A stretch of 64,000 nucleotides of DNA from an uncultured Candidatus Saccharibacteria bacterium. GTDB lineage: Bacteria > Patescibacteriota > Minisyncoccia > Phycocordibacterales > UBA12445. This document shows positions 55,185 through 64,000 of the stretch, in pieces. Both the position numbers and the translations under genes were made by a program. The stretch spans positions 21,469-85,468 of the forward strand of contig CAZHDO010000002.1 of the NCBI GenBank assembly GCA_964531375.1, written 5' to 3'. How positions within the stretch are numbered: the stretch's first letter is position 1; every line of letters begins with the position of its first letter. The notes below the pieces were generated by a model. The model made no database searches, was not told the origin of the DNA, and saw only the letters and a program-made list of their open reading frames with translations.

Positions 55185-55382
55185 ATTCTCTAAGCAATAA
55201 AACTTTCGGGTTTAAATGGTCTTTTGAGGAGGACGCCTTGGTACTCACCTTTGAGTGAAATTACTGAGACTATCCTACAAAAAAAATCTAACTTATAATG
55301 TTACATTAAAAGAATTGCTTAGAGAATCAAATTCTCTATATAGGACCGCTTAGTTTTTTAAACTTGGCGGTCCTTTGTTTTT
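55185..55382 (+). ncRNA. Candidate small structured RNA (unassigned family).
   Basis: A 15-bp perfect long-range inverted repeat: gattctctaagcaat at 55185-55199 pairs with attgcttagagaatc at 55314-55328. A local palindrome follows at 55321-55337. There is a plus-strand intrinsic terminator (aggaccgc...gcggtcct plus a T-run) at 55342-55382, but no plus-strand CDS upstream of it. Confidence 0.25.
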
Positions 55383-55479
55383 AAATGAACTTACCGCTAT
55401 TTGCGACTCGGGATCTATAATTTAAGAAATTAACTATTATTTTTTTATTCATGAATTATAGATCTCGAGCCACAAACTA

Positions 55480-57177
55480 TCAGTATCCTTCGTCTGCAAC
55501 TACCAACTCAACAACTCTCGCTAACTCTTCCATTGATGTTATTCCTTGTAAAACCTTCAAAATTCCATGTTCCCTCATGTCTAGTATTCCTTGTTTCTTG
55601 GAAGCACTTTTAATATCTAAAGCATTTACTCTATCTGTAATAACCTTATTTACTTCTGAATCAACCATTATTGCCTCAAATACACCAGTTCTGCCTTTGT
55701 ATCCAACCCCGTGACAAGCAGGGCATCCATCACCAGCCATCCATATTTTACCTCCATCTGGCAGATTAATATCTGGTCTTTTTTCGTTAATTAATTTTGA
55801 AACAATATTAATTATTTTTGTTTCATCTTCTTTTGGTGTTGTTTCTTTTTTGCATTGCTGACAAAGCTGTCTTACAAGTCTTTGTGCGATGGTGAGGGTA
55901 AGGGCTGAACCAATAATTTTTGGATTTACTCCAAGGTCTACGAGTCTTGGAATTGCGCCCGCTGCGTCGTTTGTGTGTAGGGTAGAGAAGACAAGGTGTC
56001 CTGTAAGAGCAGAGTTAATAGCAATCTTGGCTGTCTCTGTGTCTCTTATTTCTCCAACCATTATAATGTCTGGGTCTTGTCTGAGCGCAGAGCGAAGGCC
56101 TTCAAGGAATGTGTATCCTGAGTCTTCGTTGGTTTGTGTTTGGGACAAACCTTTCATGTGGTATTCGACAGGGTCTTCGATTGTGATTATTTTTGTTTCG
56201 TTGTCGTTTACCTTTCTGAGAAAAGCATAAAGTGTGGTTGTTTTACCGGAACCCGTTGGACCTGTGGTCAAAATAAGGCCATTTGGTTTTTTAATCTCGT
56301 CGTTAAAAATCTTTAAGAGTTTTTCTTCAATACCCATATCTTCAAGGTTTATAGATATTGAATCTGGGTCGAGAAGTCTCATTACGATTGTTTCTCCGTA
56401 TACTCCAGGTAGCACAGAAGTTCTTACTTCGATTTCTTTTTGATTTGTCGCAATTGTGAATCTTCCGTCTTGCGCGCCTTTCTTCATGTTTAATTTAAGA
56501 GCAGAAATGAGTTTGATTCTGGAAACGATTAGTTTGTATACATTATTACTTAAGAAATCTATGTCATGCAAAATACCGTCTAATCTATAGCGAAGTCTTA
56601 CCGACTCTTCCTGTGGTTCCATATGAATGTCTGATGCAGATGTTGCAAGGGCTCCACCTAAGACTATTTCTAATATTCTAGAAACACCTTGTGTTTTGTT
56701 ATTTTCAGTGAGTTCTTTTATTTGAACTTGAACATCTTTTACATCTTTTGTTCTTGAGAGAATTTCTGTTAAAAGTTCTTTTGAGATATCAACTAATCCA
56801 GCTTTTGTTTCTACTGATTTTGATATTTCCGCATATCTGGCCCAGGATTTTTCAAGACCTCTTTCTGATCCTATGTTAAGAGTAATTGTATAACCTCTTT
56901 CTTTTAGGTCATTTAAGACTTGGTCTAATTTAGGATTAGATGGCGTAAGTATTACAACGCTTAATTTTTTGCCCGTGAGCTGGAAGCCAGCAATCTTTGC
57001 TTCTTTTGCAACTGATTCATCGATAAGTTTAAGAGCATCTGTATTGATAGAGATATTCATCATATCAACATAGGGAATCGAGTATCTCGAAGAGAGTATT
57101 CTGGCAAGATCTTCTGCTTCCTGTATCTTCAGGTCGTCGATCTTTTTTTGATTTTGTGTGTCGTCGAATGTCGTCAT
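55480..57177 (-). CDS. pilB: Type IV pilus assembly ATPase PilB / GspE.
   Basis: N-terminal GSPII_E_N-like domain, Walker A TGPTGSGKTTTL, Asp/His boxes, and the tetracysteine-region motif CPACHGVGYKGRTGVFE. 565 aa. Confidence 0.85.
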   Translation of the reverse strand: MTTFDDTQNQKKIDDLKIQEAEDLARILSSRYSIPYVDMMNISINTDALKLIDESVAKEAKIAGFQLTGKKLSVVILTPSNPKLDQVLNDLKERGYTITLNIGSERGLEKSWARYAEISKSVETKAGLVDISKELLTEILSRTKDVKDVQVQIKELTENNKTQGVSRILEIVLGGALATSASDIHMEPQEESVRLRYRLDGILHDIDFLSNNVYKLIVSRIKLISALKLNMKKGAQDGRFTIATNQKEIEVRTSVLPGVYGETIVMRLLDPDSISINLEDMGIEEKLLKIFNDEIKKPNGLILTTGPTGSGKTTTLYAFLRKVNDNETKIITIEDPVEYHMKGLSQTQTNEDSGYTFLEGLRSALRQDPDIIMVGEIRDTETAKIAINSALTGHLVFSTLHTNDAAGAIPRLVDLGVNPKIIGSALTLTIAQRLVRQLCQQCKKETTPKEDETKIINIVSKLINEKRPDINLPDGGKIWMAGDGCPACHGVGYKGRTGVFEAIMVDSEVNKVITDRVNALDIKSASKKQGILDMREHGILKVLQGITSMEELARVVELVVADEGY

Positions 57178-57292
57178 TTACCCTCATACTACTGTTTTTT
57201 ATTTTATAGACAAATAAGTTATCAACAGCCTATATTTTTTTCTTTTGCGCAAATATGTTTTTTGATGTTATTATGATTTTTTAACTAGACAA

Positions 57293-57748
57293 ATGAAAAA
57301 AATAACAAAAAATTTAGAAGAGACACAGAAGCTTGCAAAAGAATTTGTGGATTCTTTGAATGCGATGAAAGAGAAGGGACAAATAAATAAAGAAGCTATT
57401 GTGATCGCTCTCTTTGGTGATCTTGGTTCTGGCAAGACATCTTTTGTTCAAGCAATCGCTAAGAATTTTAATATAAAAGAGGGTGTCATTAGTCCAACTT
57501 TTGTTATTCAAAAAAACTATCCAATTAAAAACAATAAAAATTTTAAAAACCTTATTCATATAGATGCGTATCGACTAGATAACCCCGAAGAAATTTTAAC
57601 ACTAGGTTGGCATGAATTAGTTAAAAACGAAAATAATCTTATTTTCGTTGAGTGGCCAGAAAAAATAGGGGACCATATACCAAAAGGCCACAAAAAAATA
57701 TATTTTGAATTTTTAGATCCAGAGACAAGGAGTATAGATGTTGTGTAA
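57293..57748 (+). CDS. tsaE: tRNA threonylcarbamoyladenosine biosynthesis protein TsaE.
   Basis: LFGDLGSGKTSFVQ, SPTF and HIDAYRL motifs. Confidence 0.8.
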   Translation: MKKITKNLEETQKLAKEFVDSLNAMKEKGQINKEAIVIALFGDLGSGKTSFVQAIAKNFNIKEGVISPTFVIQKNYPIKNNKNFKNLIHIDAYRLDNPEEILTLGWHELVKNENNLIFVEWPEKIGDHIPKGHKKIYFEFLDPETRSIDVV

Positions 57749-57795
57749 ATAAGATTTGGTTTGTTTTTTCTTTCCATTTAACTACAATTAACTCT

Positions 57796-60180
57796 ATGAT
57801 TGAGAAAAAACACAAAAGACGCTTAGTTCTTCTTGATGTGCATGCGATATTACATCGTGCTTATCATGCTTTGCCTGATTTTACTAGTTCAAAGGGGGAG
57901 CCGACTGGGGGGCTTTATGGGCTTTGTTTAATGATTATAAAAATAGTTAGTGATTTAAAGCCAGATTATGTTGTGGCTTGTTTTGATTTGCCTGAGCCAA
58001 CTTTTCGAAAACAGATGTATGATGAGTATAAGGCTGGGAGAAAGAAAACAGATGAAGCTTTGGTTAAGCAAATAATTCGTTCTAGGGAGGTATTTGAGGC
58101 TTTTAATATTCCAATGTATGAAAAGGCGGGTTTTGAGGCGGACGATATGATTGGGACGATCGCAGAGGTCGCTAAGAAGGAAGAAGATTTGCAGGTGGTT
58201 ATTGCTTCTGGTGATTTGGATACCACCCAGCTTATTGAAGATGATAAGGTCGTGGTCTATACACTTCATAAAGGAATTAAAGATACAGTTATTTATAATG
58301 AAAAAGGGATAGAGGAAAGATATGGTTTTGCACCTAAATTTATGGTGGACTTCAAGGGACTTCGTGGTGACCCTTCAGATAATATAATGGGAATAAAAGG
58401 AATTGGGGAAAAGACTGCTGAAATTTTAATAAAAAGTTTTGGAACAATCGAAGGAATTTATGAAGCGCTTCGAAAAGATGAAAATCTTTTGCTTGAGGCT
58501 GGTGTAAAACAGAGAATGATCGAGCTTTTGAAGGAAGGGGAAGAAGAGGCTATGTTTTCAAAGAAGCTTGCGACAATAAGGAGAGACGCACCAATAGACT
58601 TTTCTTTATCAGAAAAAAGATGGGAAGATGGATTGGAGTTAGAAAAGGTTAAAAAATTATTTGCAGAGCTTGAGTTTCGAACACTCGGCCCAAGACTCGA
58701 GCAATACTTGGGTAAAGGAAATGGAGATTTAGGTTTTATTGGTTCAAATAAGGAAACAGAGAGTGTTGCTATGGAAGAAATTGAGCCAGTCAGATTAAAG
58801 AAGGCGTTTATCGCTCTTTGGCTTATTAATTCTGAATTTACAAATCCGTCGGTAGAGGATTTATATGCTTTTGCAGATACAAGGAACTTTGATGAAGTAG
58901 AGAAAAAACTCACAGAAAGGTTAAAAAAGGATAATTTGGAAAGGGTCTATTTTGAGATAGAGTTGCCTATTATTTCAATAATTGACGATGCAGAAAAAAG
59001 AGGAATTCTTCTTGATGTCGGTTATTTAAAGAAGTTGTCAGAAGATTATCATAAAAAATTAACGATATTAGAAAAAAATATTTGGGAACTTTCTGGCTCT
59101 GAGTTTAATATCAATTCCCCAAAGCAAATGTCGAAAATTCTATTCGAAAAACTCGCTTTATCAAAAAAGGGGATAAAGAAAACAGCAGGTGGTGCTATCT
59201 CCACAAAAGAATCAGAATTAGAAAAATTAAAAGAATTACATCCAATAATTGTGCCAATTCTTGAATATAGGGGAATGCAGAAACTTCTTTCTACTTATAT
59301 AGATAATTTGCCGTTGCTTGTTGATAAAGAAGGCCGACTTCACACTCATTTAAATCAGACAGGCACAACAACAGGTAGAATGTCGTCTACTGAGCCTAAT
59401 TTGCAGAACATTCCAGCGAGGGGTGAATTTGGGTCTGAAGTTAGAAGGGCAATGCTTGCAACTCCAGGATATAAGTTGGCGACATTTGATTATTCACAAA
59501 TCGAGATGAGAGTGCTCGCTTGGCTTACAGGAGACGAGACGCTTATTCAGACATTTAGGGATGGAAAAGACATTCACTCTTCAGTTGCCTCAAAAGTTTT
59601 TGGCGTACCAGAGTCAGAGGTTACAAAAGAAATGCGCCGTCAGGCTAAAGTGATTAATTTTGGAATAATTTATGGAATGGGGGTGAAGGCACTTAAGAAA
59701 AATTTAGGAAGCACTATGGAAGAGGCCGAAAAATTCCACAATAATTATTTTGAAAAATTTCCAAAAGTTAAAGAATATTTTGATAAGACAAAAGAGGACG
59801 CACATAAAAATGGTTATACTGAAACTTTTTTTGGAAGACGTCGATATTTTCCAGATATAAATTCTTCACTTCCTTACATAAGGAGTGAGGCGGAAAGAAT
59901 GGCTATGAATGCGCCAATACAGGGGAGTGCGACGGCGGATATAATAAAAATAGCAATGTCCCATGTCGCAAAAAAGATAGAGGAAAATAAGTTGGGAGAT
60001 AGTGTGCATATTCTTCTACAAGTACACGACGAGCTTCTTTTTGAAATAAAAGATGATGAACATTTGTTAAACACGGTCACCATTATTAAGCATGCGATGG
60101 AAAATGCGGTCTCAATAAATCTTCCTCTTTTGGTAAATGCTTCGATTGGTGACAATTGGAGCGAATTAACAAGTATTTAG
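57796..60180 (+). CDS. polA: DNA polymerase I (5'-3' exonuclease plus polymerase domains).
   Basis: 5'-nuclease N-terminus LLDVHAILHRAYHA. Polymerase motif A DYSQIEMR, motif B RRQAKVINFGIIYGMG, and motif C LQVHDELLFE. 794 aa. Confidence 0.9.
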   Translation: MIEKKHKRRLVLLDVHAILHRAYHALPDFTSSKGEPTGGLYGLCLMIIKIVSDLKPDYVVACFDLPEPTFRKQMYDEYKAGRKKTDEALVKQIIRSREVFEAFNIPMYEKAGFEADDMIGTIAEVAKKEEDLQVVIASGDLDTTQLIEDDKVVVYTLHKGIKDTVIYNEKGIEERYGFAPKFMVDFKGLRGDPSDNIMGIKGIGEKTAEILIKSFGTIEGIYEALRKDENLLLEAGVKQRMIELLKEGEEEAMFSKKLATIRRDAPIDFSLSEKRWEDGLELEKVKKLFAELEFRTLGPRLEQYLGKGNGDLGFIGSNKETESVAMEEIEPVRLKKAFIALWLINSEFTNPSVEDLYAFADTRNFDEVEKKLTERLKKDNLERVYFEIELPIISIIDDAEKRGILLDVGYLKKLSEDYHKKLTILEKNIWELSGSEFNINSPKQMSKILFEKLALSKKGIKKTAGGAISTKESELEKLKELHPIIVPILEYRGMQKLLSTYIDNLPLLVDKEGRLHTHLNQTGTTTGRMSSTEPNLQNIPARGEFGSEVRRAMLATPGYKLATFDYSQIEMRVLAWLTGDETLIQTFRDGKDIHSSVASKVFGVPESEVTKEMRRQAKVINFGIIYGMGVKALKKNLGSTMEEAEKFHNNYFEKFPKVKEYFDKTKEDAHKNGYTETFFGRRRYFPDINSSLPYIRSEAERMAMNAPIQGSATADIIKIAMSHVAKKIEENKLGDSVHILLQVHDELLFEIKDDEHLLNTVTIIKHAMENAVSINLPLLVNASIGDNWSELTSI

Positions 60181-60198
60181 TATCTAGTATTTTGTATC

Positions 60199-60939
60199 AT
60201 GTATTACTTATTTATCGGTAAAGATACTCAAAAAAGCAGAACAAAGATGGGCGAAACCATCTCGGCTTTTTATTCTAAAAATCCAAACTCAAATGTTTTT
60301 AGGGTTTCTTCAGACGATTTTAACGAGAGCGCTTTTTTGGAATATATTGGGGGGCAGAGTTTATTTTCAAATAAGTTTTTAATTTCCGCGGATGGAATAT
60401 TTAAAAATGAAGAAGCAAAGAAATTTATTTTAAAGAATATTAAGGAGATAGTTTCGTCGCATAACGTTTTCGTTTTTTTGGAAGAAAGCTTGAAAAAAGA
60501 TGAATTAACACCTATGAAAGAAAATGCAGAAAAGGTTTTTGACTTTGAATTGTCTTTAGATAAAGAAGGAAAGAAAAGCGATTTCAACCCTTTTGCTGTA
60601 TCAGATGCTTTTGGTGAAAAAGATAAAAAGAAGATTTGGGTTGTTTATCAAAAAGCGCTTAGAGAGGGAATGGCTTCAGAAGAGGTTTTTTGGAAATTTA
60701 CTTGGCAGGTTAAAAATTTACTTCTTGCAAAAATAGCAGAGAAAAAGGGCGATGCGAGTATTGAGGGATTAAAAATAAGCCCATTTGTTATAAAGAAAGC
60801 CAAGAACTATACAAAAAAATTTACTGAAATAGAATTGCTAAATTTTTATAGTCAGTTAATTTCTTTGTATCATGATGCTAGGAGGGGTGTTATGGATTTT
60901 GATACAGCAACAGAGGCATTTATTTTGAATTTGAGGTAG
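60199..60939 (+). CDS. Possible DNA polymerase III delta subunit (HolA-like).
   Basis: N-terminus MYYLFIGKD...SNKFLIS and overall size and shape are consistent with a reduced HolA. The match is weak, and the start ATG lies inside a repeat element. Confidence 0.3.
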   Translation: MYYLFIGKDTQKSRTKMGETISAFYSKNPNSNVFRVSSDDFNESAFLEYIGGQSLFSNKFLISADGIFKNEEAKKFILKNIKEIVSSHNVFVFLEESLKKDELTPMKENAEKVFDFELSLDKEGKKSDFNPFAVSDAFGEKDKKKIWVVYQKALREGMASEEVFWKFTWQVKNLLLAKIAEKKGDASIEGLKISPFVIKKAKNYTKKFTEIELLNFYSQLISLYHDARRGVMDFDTATEAFILNLR

Positions 60940-61127
60940 GGAGAATTGGGGGGTGGTCTCTATGAGACCAGCAGGATTCTTCCATTACATGGACGGTATA
61001 GCTTTCCCATTTTCTGGGATTTTAAAATCCCAGAAAATAAGGGAGAAGCTTTTCGAATCCTGCGCGAAAGCAAAGCAGTTTGCTTTCTTGGGCGCAAAAT
61101 TAAAACACCTTTCGGTGTTTGAATTTG

Positions 61128-61200
61128 TGCGCCCAGCAGGATTCGAACCTGCGACCATTCGCTTAAGAGGCGACTGCTCTACCAACTGAGCTATGGGCGC
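61128..61200 (-). tRNA. tRNA-Lys (anticodon CTT).
   Basis: The reverse complement folds as a cloverleaf: gcgccca acceptor, D-loop agttggta, anticodon loop cuCUUaa, T-loop ttcgaat, discriminator A. Confidence 0.8.
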
Positions 61201-61295
61201 GTTTGTGTAAAAACAATAACAAAAAAGACGTTAATTGTCCACGTTTGACTCTGTTTGGTTGTATATTTCTCTAAATATGTTAAAAACACACTATT

Positions 61296-61787
61296 GTGAA
61301 TAAGGCAAAAATTACGGGAAATGAGGTGTTTTTAATTCTAGATAATATTAGAAGTAACTTTAATGTTGGTTCTATTTTTCGAATAGCGGATTGCGCTGGA
61401 ATAAAGAAGGTCTTTTTGGTTGGCGTAACACCCTCGCCGATTGATCGTTTTGGTAGGGATAACAAGGAACTTAAAAAGGTTTCTCTTGGAGGGGAGAATT
61501 CTGTGTCCTGGGAAAAGGTTTCTTCCGTTTCTCGACTTATTGGAAAATTAAAGAAAGATGGTTTTGAAATCGTTTCACTTGAGCAGGGTGCTAATTCGAT
61601 TGATTATAAAAAATTTAAAATAAAGTCTCCTACTGTAATTATTCTTGGTAACGAAGTTAATGGAATCCCAAAAAATATTTTAGATAAATCAGACAAAACA
61701 ATTGAGATAAAGATGGAAGGTAAAAAAGAGTCGTTAAATGTGGCGGTCGCAACAGCCGTGGTGTTGTTTAGGATATTGGAAATTTAG
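61296..61787 (+). CDS. SpoU/TrmH-family RNA 2'-O-methyltransferase (TrmL-size).
   Basis: SPOUT motifs LILDNIRSNFNVGSIFRIADCAG, IILGNEVNGI and SLNVAVATAVVLF. Confidence 0.8.
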   Translation: MNKAKITGNEVFLILDNIRSNFNVGSIFRIADCAGIKKVFLVGVTPSPIDRFGRDNKELKKVSLGGENSVSWEKVSSVSRLIGKLKKDGFEIVSLEQGANSIDYKKFKIKSPTVIILGNEVNGIPKNILDKSDKTIEIKMEGKKESLNVAVATAVVLFRILEI

Positions 61788-62680
61788 TTATTTAGTTTCT
61801 GATGAGTTTCACAAAAATGTGCACTTCTTCCTCCTACTTTTATTCTGTTTATGAACCCGCCACATCCTCTTTTGGGGCAAATTTCACCTTTTCTTCTGTA
61901 GGCTTTGTGGCATTCTTGAAAGCCGCCTTTCTCGCCGTTTATATTTCTAAAGTCAGACATTGAATCACCCCCCATTTCTATTGATTTTTTTAGTATTGCT
62001 TTTGTCGATTCAAAAATTTTTTTTAATTTATTTTCTGGAATATTTTTAACTTTTTCCATAGGGTGAACTTCAGCTTCCCACAGAACTTCATCTGAATAAA
62101 TGTTTCCAATTCCTGAAATAATTTCTTGATCCATTAAAACTTGTTTTATCTTCCCATTTTCTTTTTTGTTTATTGACTCTTTGAATTTTTTATAGATAAA
62201 ATCTTTTGACATTGGGTCTGGTCCAAGATCTTTTAGATCCTTTGAGCTCAGTTCCTCTCCTTCATTAAATAAAACAACTTTACCAAATTTTCTGACATCA
62301 CTCATCGCAAGTTGTTTACCATTTGAAAGATTGAACATTAGGTGGATGAACCTGTTGTATGGGTCGGATAGGGGGCCGGGAACTTCTGTTTTCCATGGAA
62401 ATTTACCACTATTTTCTTTGTTCCATTTTCCATATAGAAGATGGCCTGTCATTTTCATGTGGAAAAGAATAGTTTTTTCATCGGACAGGTGCATTAAAAT
62501 ATTTTTACCAACTCTTTCTGAGTTTAATATTTTTTTACCAATAACTTCATTTCGAAAAATATCAAATTTTGGATTTTTGATTATTTTTGGCCAGTCGGTC
62601 CAAACATCTTCTATTGTTAGGTTCTTGAGATTGTCGTTTAGACCAAAGACAATATTTGTCACTTCAGGAAGTTCGGGCAT
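61784..62680 (-). CDS. mutM: Formamidopyrimidine-DNA glycosylase (Fpg/Nei family).
   Basis: N-terminus MPELPEV (catalytic Pro2/Glu3), an H2TH region, and the C-terminal zinc finger CPKRGCGGFINRIKVGGRSAHFC. Confidence 0.85.
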   Translation of the reverse strand: MPELPEVTNIVFGLNDNLKNLTIEDVWTDWPKIIKNPKFDIFRNEVIGKKILNSERVGKNILMHLSDEKTILFHMKMTGHLLYGKWNKENSGKFPWKTEVPGPLSDPYNRFIHLMFNLSNGKQLAMSDVRKFGKVVLFNEGEELSSKDLKDLGPDPMSKDFIYKKFKESINKKENGKIKQVLMDQEIISGIGNIYSDEVLWEAEVHPMEKVKNIPENKLKKIFESTKAILKKSIEMGGDSMSDFRNINGEKGGFQECHKAYRRKGEICPKRGCGGFINRIKVGGRSAHFCETHQKLNN

Positions 62681-62695
62681 AAGTTAGTTGTAAGG

Positions 62696-63934
62696 TTAAT
62701 TTAGAAATTTTTCTTTTGCAAATTTTGTAAGTTCTTCTTCTGCTACTTTTTTGTCGCTCCATTTAATATTTAAGCCATTTTTGCCCATTATAAAAGGATC
62801 AGTTCCTTTGCCTGTGATTATTATGATATCTCCTTTTTTGGCAGACCTTATTGCCTCAGCGATAGCCTCTTTTCTGTCGATGATTATTTTTGGGGTGTGT
62901 TCTTTAACCCCTTCGGCTACGCAAGTAATAATTTCTTCAGGATTGTCATCGTATGGGTCTTCGTTTGTTAAGATTATCTCTTGGCAATTATCATCTGCAA
63001 CTTTGCCCATAAGAGGTCTTTTCCATTTGTCGCGACCACCGCCGCAGCTTCCAAGAACGCAAATCTTTTTTTCATTCTTGAATATTTTGTAAACTTTTTC
63101 CAAAGAATCAGCGGTGTGTGCATAGTCTACAATCACCGAAAAATCAGGAAAGAGTCCCTGTCCAATTGCTTTTCCATTTTTATCTTTTATTTCAGATAAG
63201 TCTATTTGCACCTTTTCCAGTCTTCCGGGAATACTAGAAATTTTCTCAACAGCATCTCTTATTTTTGCAGGGGAGACACCCTGACTCTTGGCGAAGGTTG
63301 CAGCTGCTAAGATATTGTAAACATTAAACTCACCAGGAAGTTTTGTGTGGAACCTTTCTTCGTATATTTTTATATCAGATCCATCTTTCTCTAGGGTGAA
63401 CGGTTTTGCTTCGTTTATTGAATAGGTAAGTTTATTTGGTACGCTTGTGGCCAAAAACTTATTAGCTTCTTTGTCGTCCATGTTTACGATAACCTCTTTG
63501 CTTATTTTACTTGATTTTTCCAGCTGTCTAAGGATTTCCAGCTTTGCAGAGAGATAATTTTCATAAGAACCGTGTGACTCTATGTGTTCAGGAGAAATAT
63601 TTGTAAAGATAAAAGCATTAAGGTCAATGAATTTGTGGCGGAAGTTTTTTGCTCCCTCTGAGGTCATTTCAATTATTGCATAATCACATTTTGCTTCCAC
63701 GGCCTCGCGAAGGAATTTTTGAATAAAAAATCTACCAGGCATTGTCATCTTCATGAGGTTTGGTTGTGTGTTATTTCCGACCTTAAACCTTACCGTCGAC
63801 GCAATCGCGGTTTTGTACCCAGCTTCTTCAAGGATTGCACTTACTATTTCCGCAGTTGTTGATTTTCCTTTTGTTCCCGTAATGCCAACAACAAAAATTT
63901 CTTTAGAGGGGGAGGAGTAGATAATATTTCCCAT
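62696..63934 (-). CDS. Mur-ligase-family protein (MurE/MurF-like; lacks the usual N-terminal domain).
   Basis: P-loop GITGTKGKSTT at aa 17, IIEMTSEG, and NISPEHIESHG (the Mur ligase NxSxDHLDxHG motif). The precise substrate is not assignable. Confidence 0.6.
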   Translation of the reverse strand: MGNIIYSSPSKEIFVVGITGTKGKSTTAEIVSAILEEAGYKTAIASTVRFKVGNNTQPNLMKMTMPGRFFIQKFLREAVEAKCDYAIIEMTSEGAKNFRHKFIDLNAFIFTNISPEHIESHGSYENYLSAKLEILRQLEKSSKISKEVIVNMDDKEANKFLATSVPNKLTYSINEAKPFTLEKDGSDIKIYEERFHTKLPGEFNVYNILAAATFAKSQGVSPAKIRDAVEKISSIPGRLEKVQIDLSEIKDKNGKAIGQGLFPDFSVIVDYAHTADSLEKVYKIFKNEKKICVLGSCGGGRDKWKRPLMGKVADDNCQEIILTNEDPYDDNPEEIITCVAEGVKEHTPKIIIDRKEAIAEAIRSAKKGDIIIITGKGTDPFIMGKNGLNIKWSDKKVAEEELTKFAKEKFLN

Positions 63935-64000
63935 CCACGAAAGGGAGAAGTGGTAAAGTGGTAGGAACTTATTGATAACATCCTTCGGAATTATATTTTT

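Noticed and set aside
60953-61189. Plus and minus ORFs (60953-61189 and 60985-61185) overlapping the tRNA-Lys region.
   Set aside because: They overlap a confidently folded tRNA and its flanking hairpins, have no RBS, and code for nothing recognisable.

Overview
This looks like a low-GC (~30-35%) chromosomal segment from a small, streamlined bacterial genome, CPR/Patescibacteria-like in gene content and compactness. That lineage call is inference. I could not run any homology search, so all product calls rest on motifs I can read in the six-frame translations.

The window contains the chromosomal replication origin: rpmH-rnpA-yidC on the minus strand, divergent from dnaA-dnaN, with DnaA boxes in both flanking intergenic regions.

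Core genes present:
- Type IV pilus genes: pilC plus three prepilin-type pseudopilins at 2.7-7.9 kb, and pilB/gspE at 55.5-57.2 kb.
- Glycolysis: tpiA, pgk.
- Information processing: rplS, rluA-family pseudouridine synthase, rsmA/ksgA, tyrS, tsaE, polA, pcrA/uvrD, ruvC, yebC, ruvB, mutM, a SpoU methyltransferase.
- Cell wall: PBP1A, a Mur-ligase-family protein.
- Three tRNAs: Leu-GAG, His-GTG, Lys-CTT.
- Two type II toxin-antitoxin pairs: RHH/RelE-ParE-like, and HicB/HicA.

The most interesting part is a ~15 kb cluster at 25.8-40.7 kb. It looks like a minimal Gram-positive/CPR-style type IV secretion or DNA-translocation apparatus:
- a VirB4 ATPase that appears split in two;
- a PrgI/VirB3-like protein;
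- a VirB6-like multi-TM protein;
- a VirB2-like pilin candidate;
- a VirB8-topology protein;
- large secreted proteins;
- no relaxase, coupling protein or VirB11.

Other observations worth a second look:
- A genome-specific family of intergenic inverted repeats built from GTATTTAGTAT-type units. They punctuate this cluster and other loci, and are often preceded by TAG-GAGGGG.
- Duplicated tRNA 3' ends downstream of all three tRNAs, which look like att-site scars.
- Identical 26-bp perfect palindromes flanking the hicBA module.
- A GC-rich island encoding an Ala/Glu/Arg repeat protein.
- An SF2 helicase inserted in the ruv locus, with five tandem 58-aa C-terminal repeats.
- A candidate small RNA with its own intrinsic terminator between ruvB and pilB.
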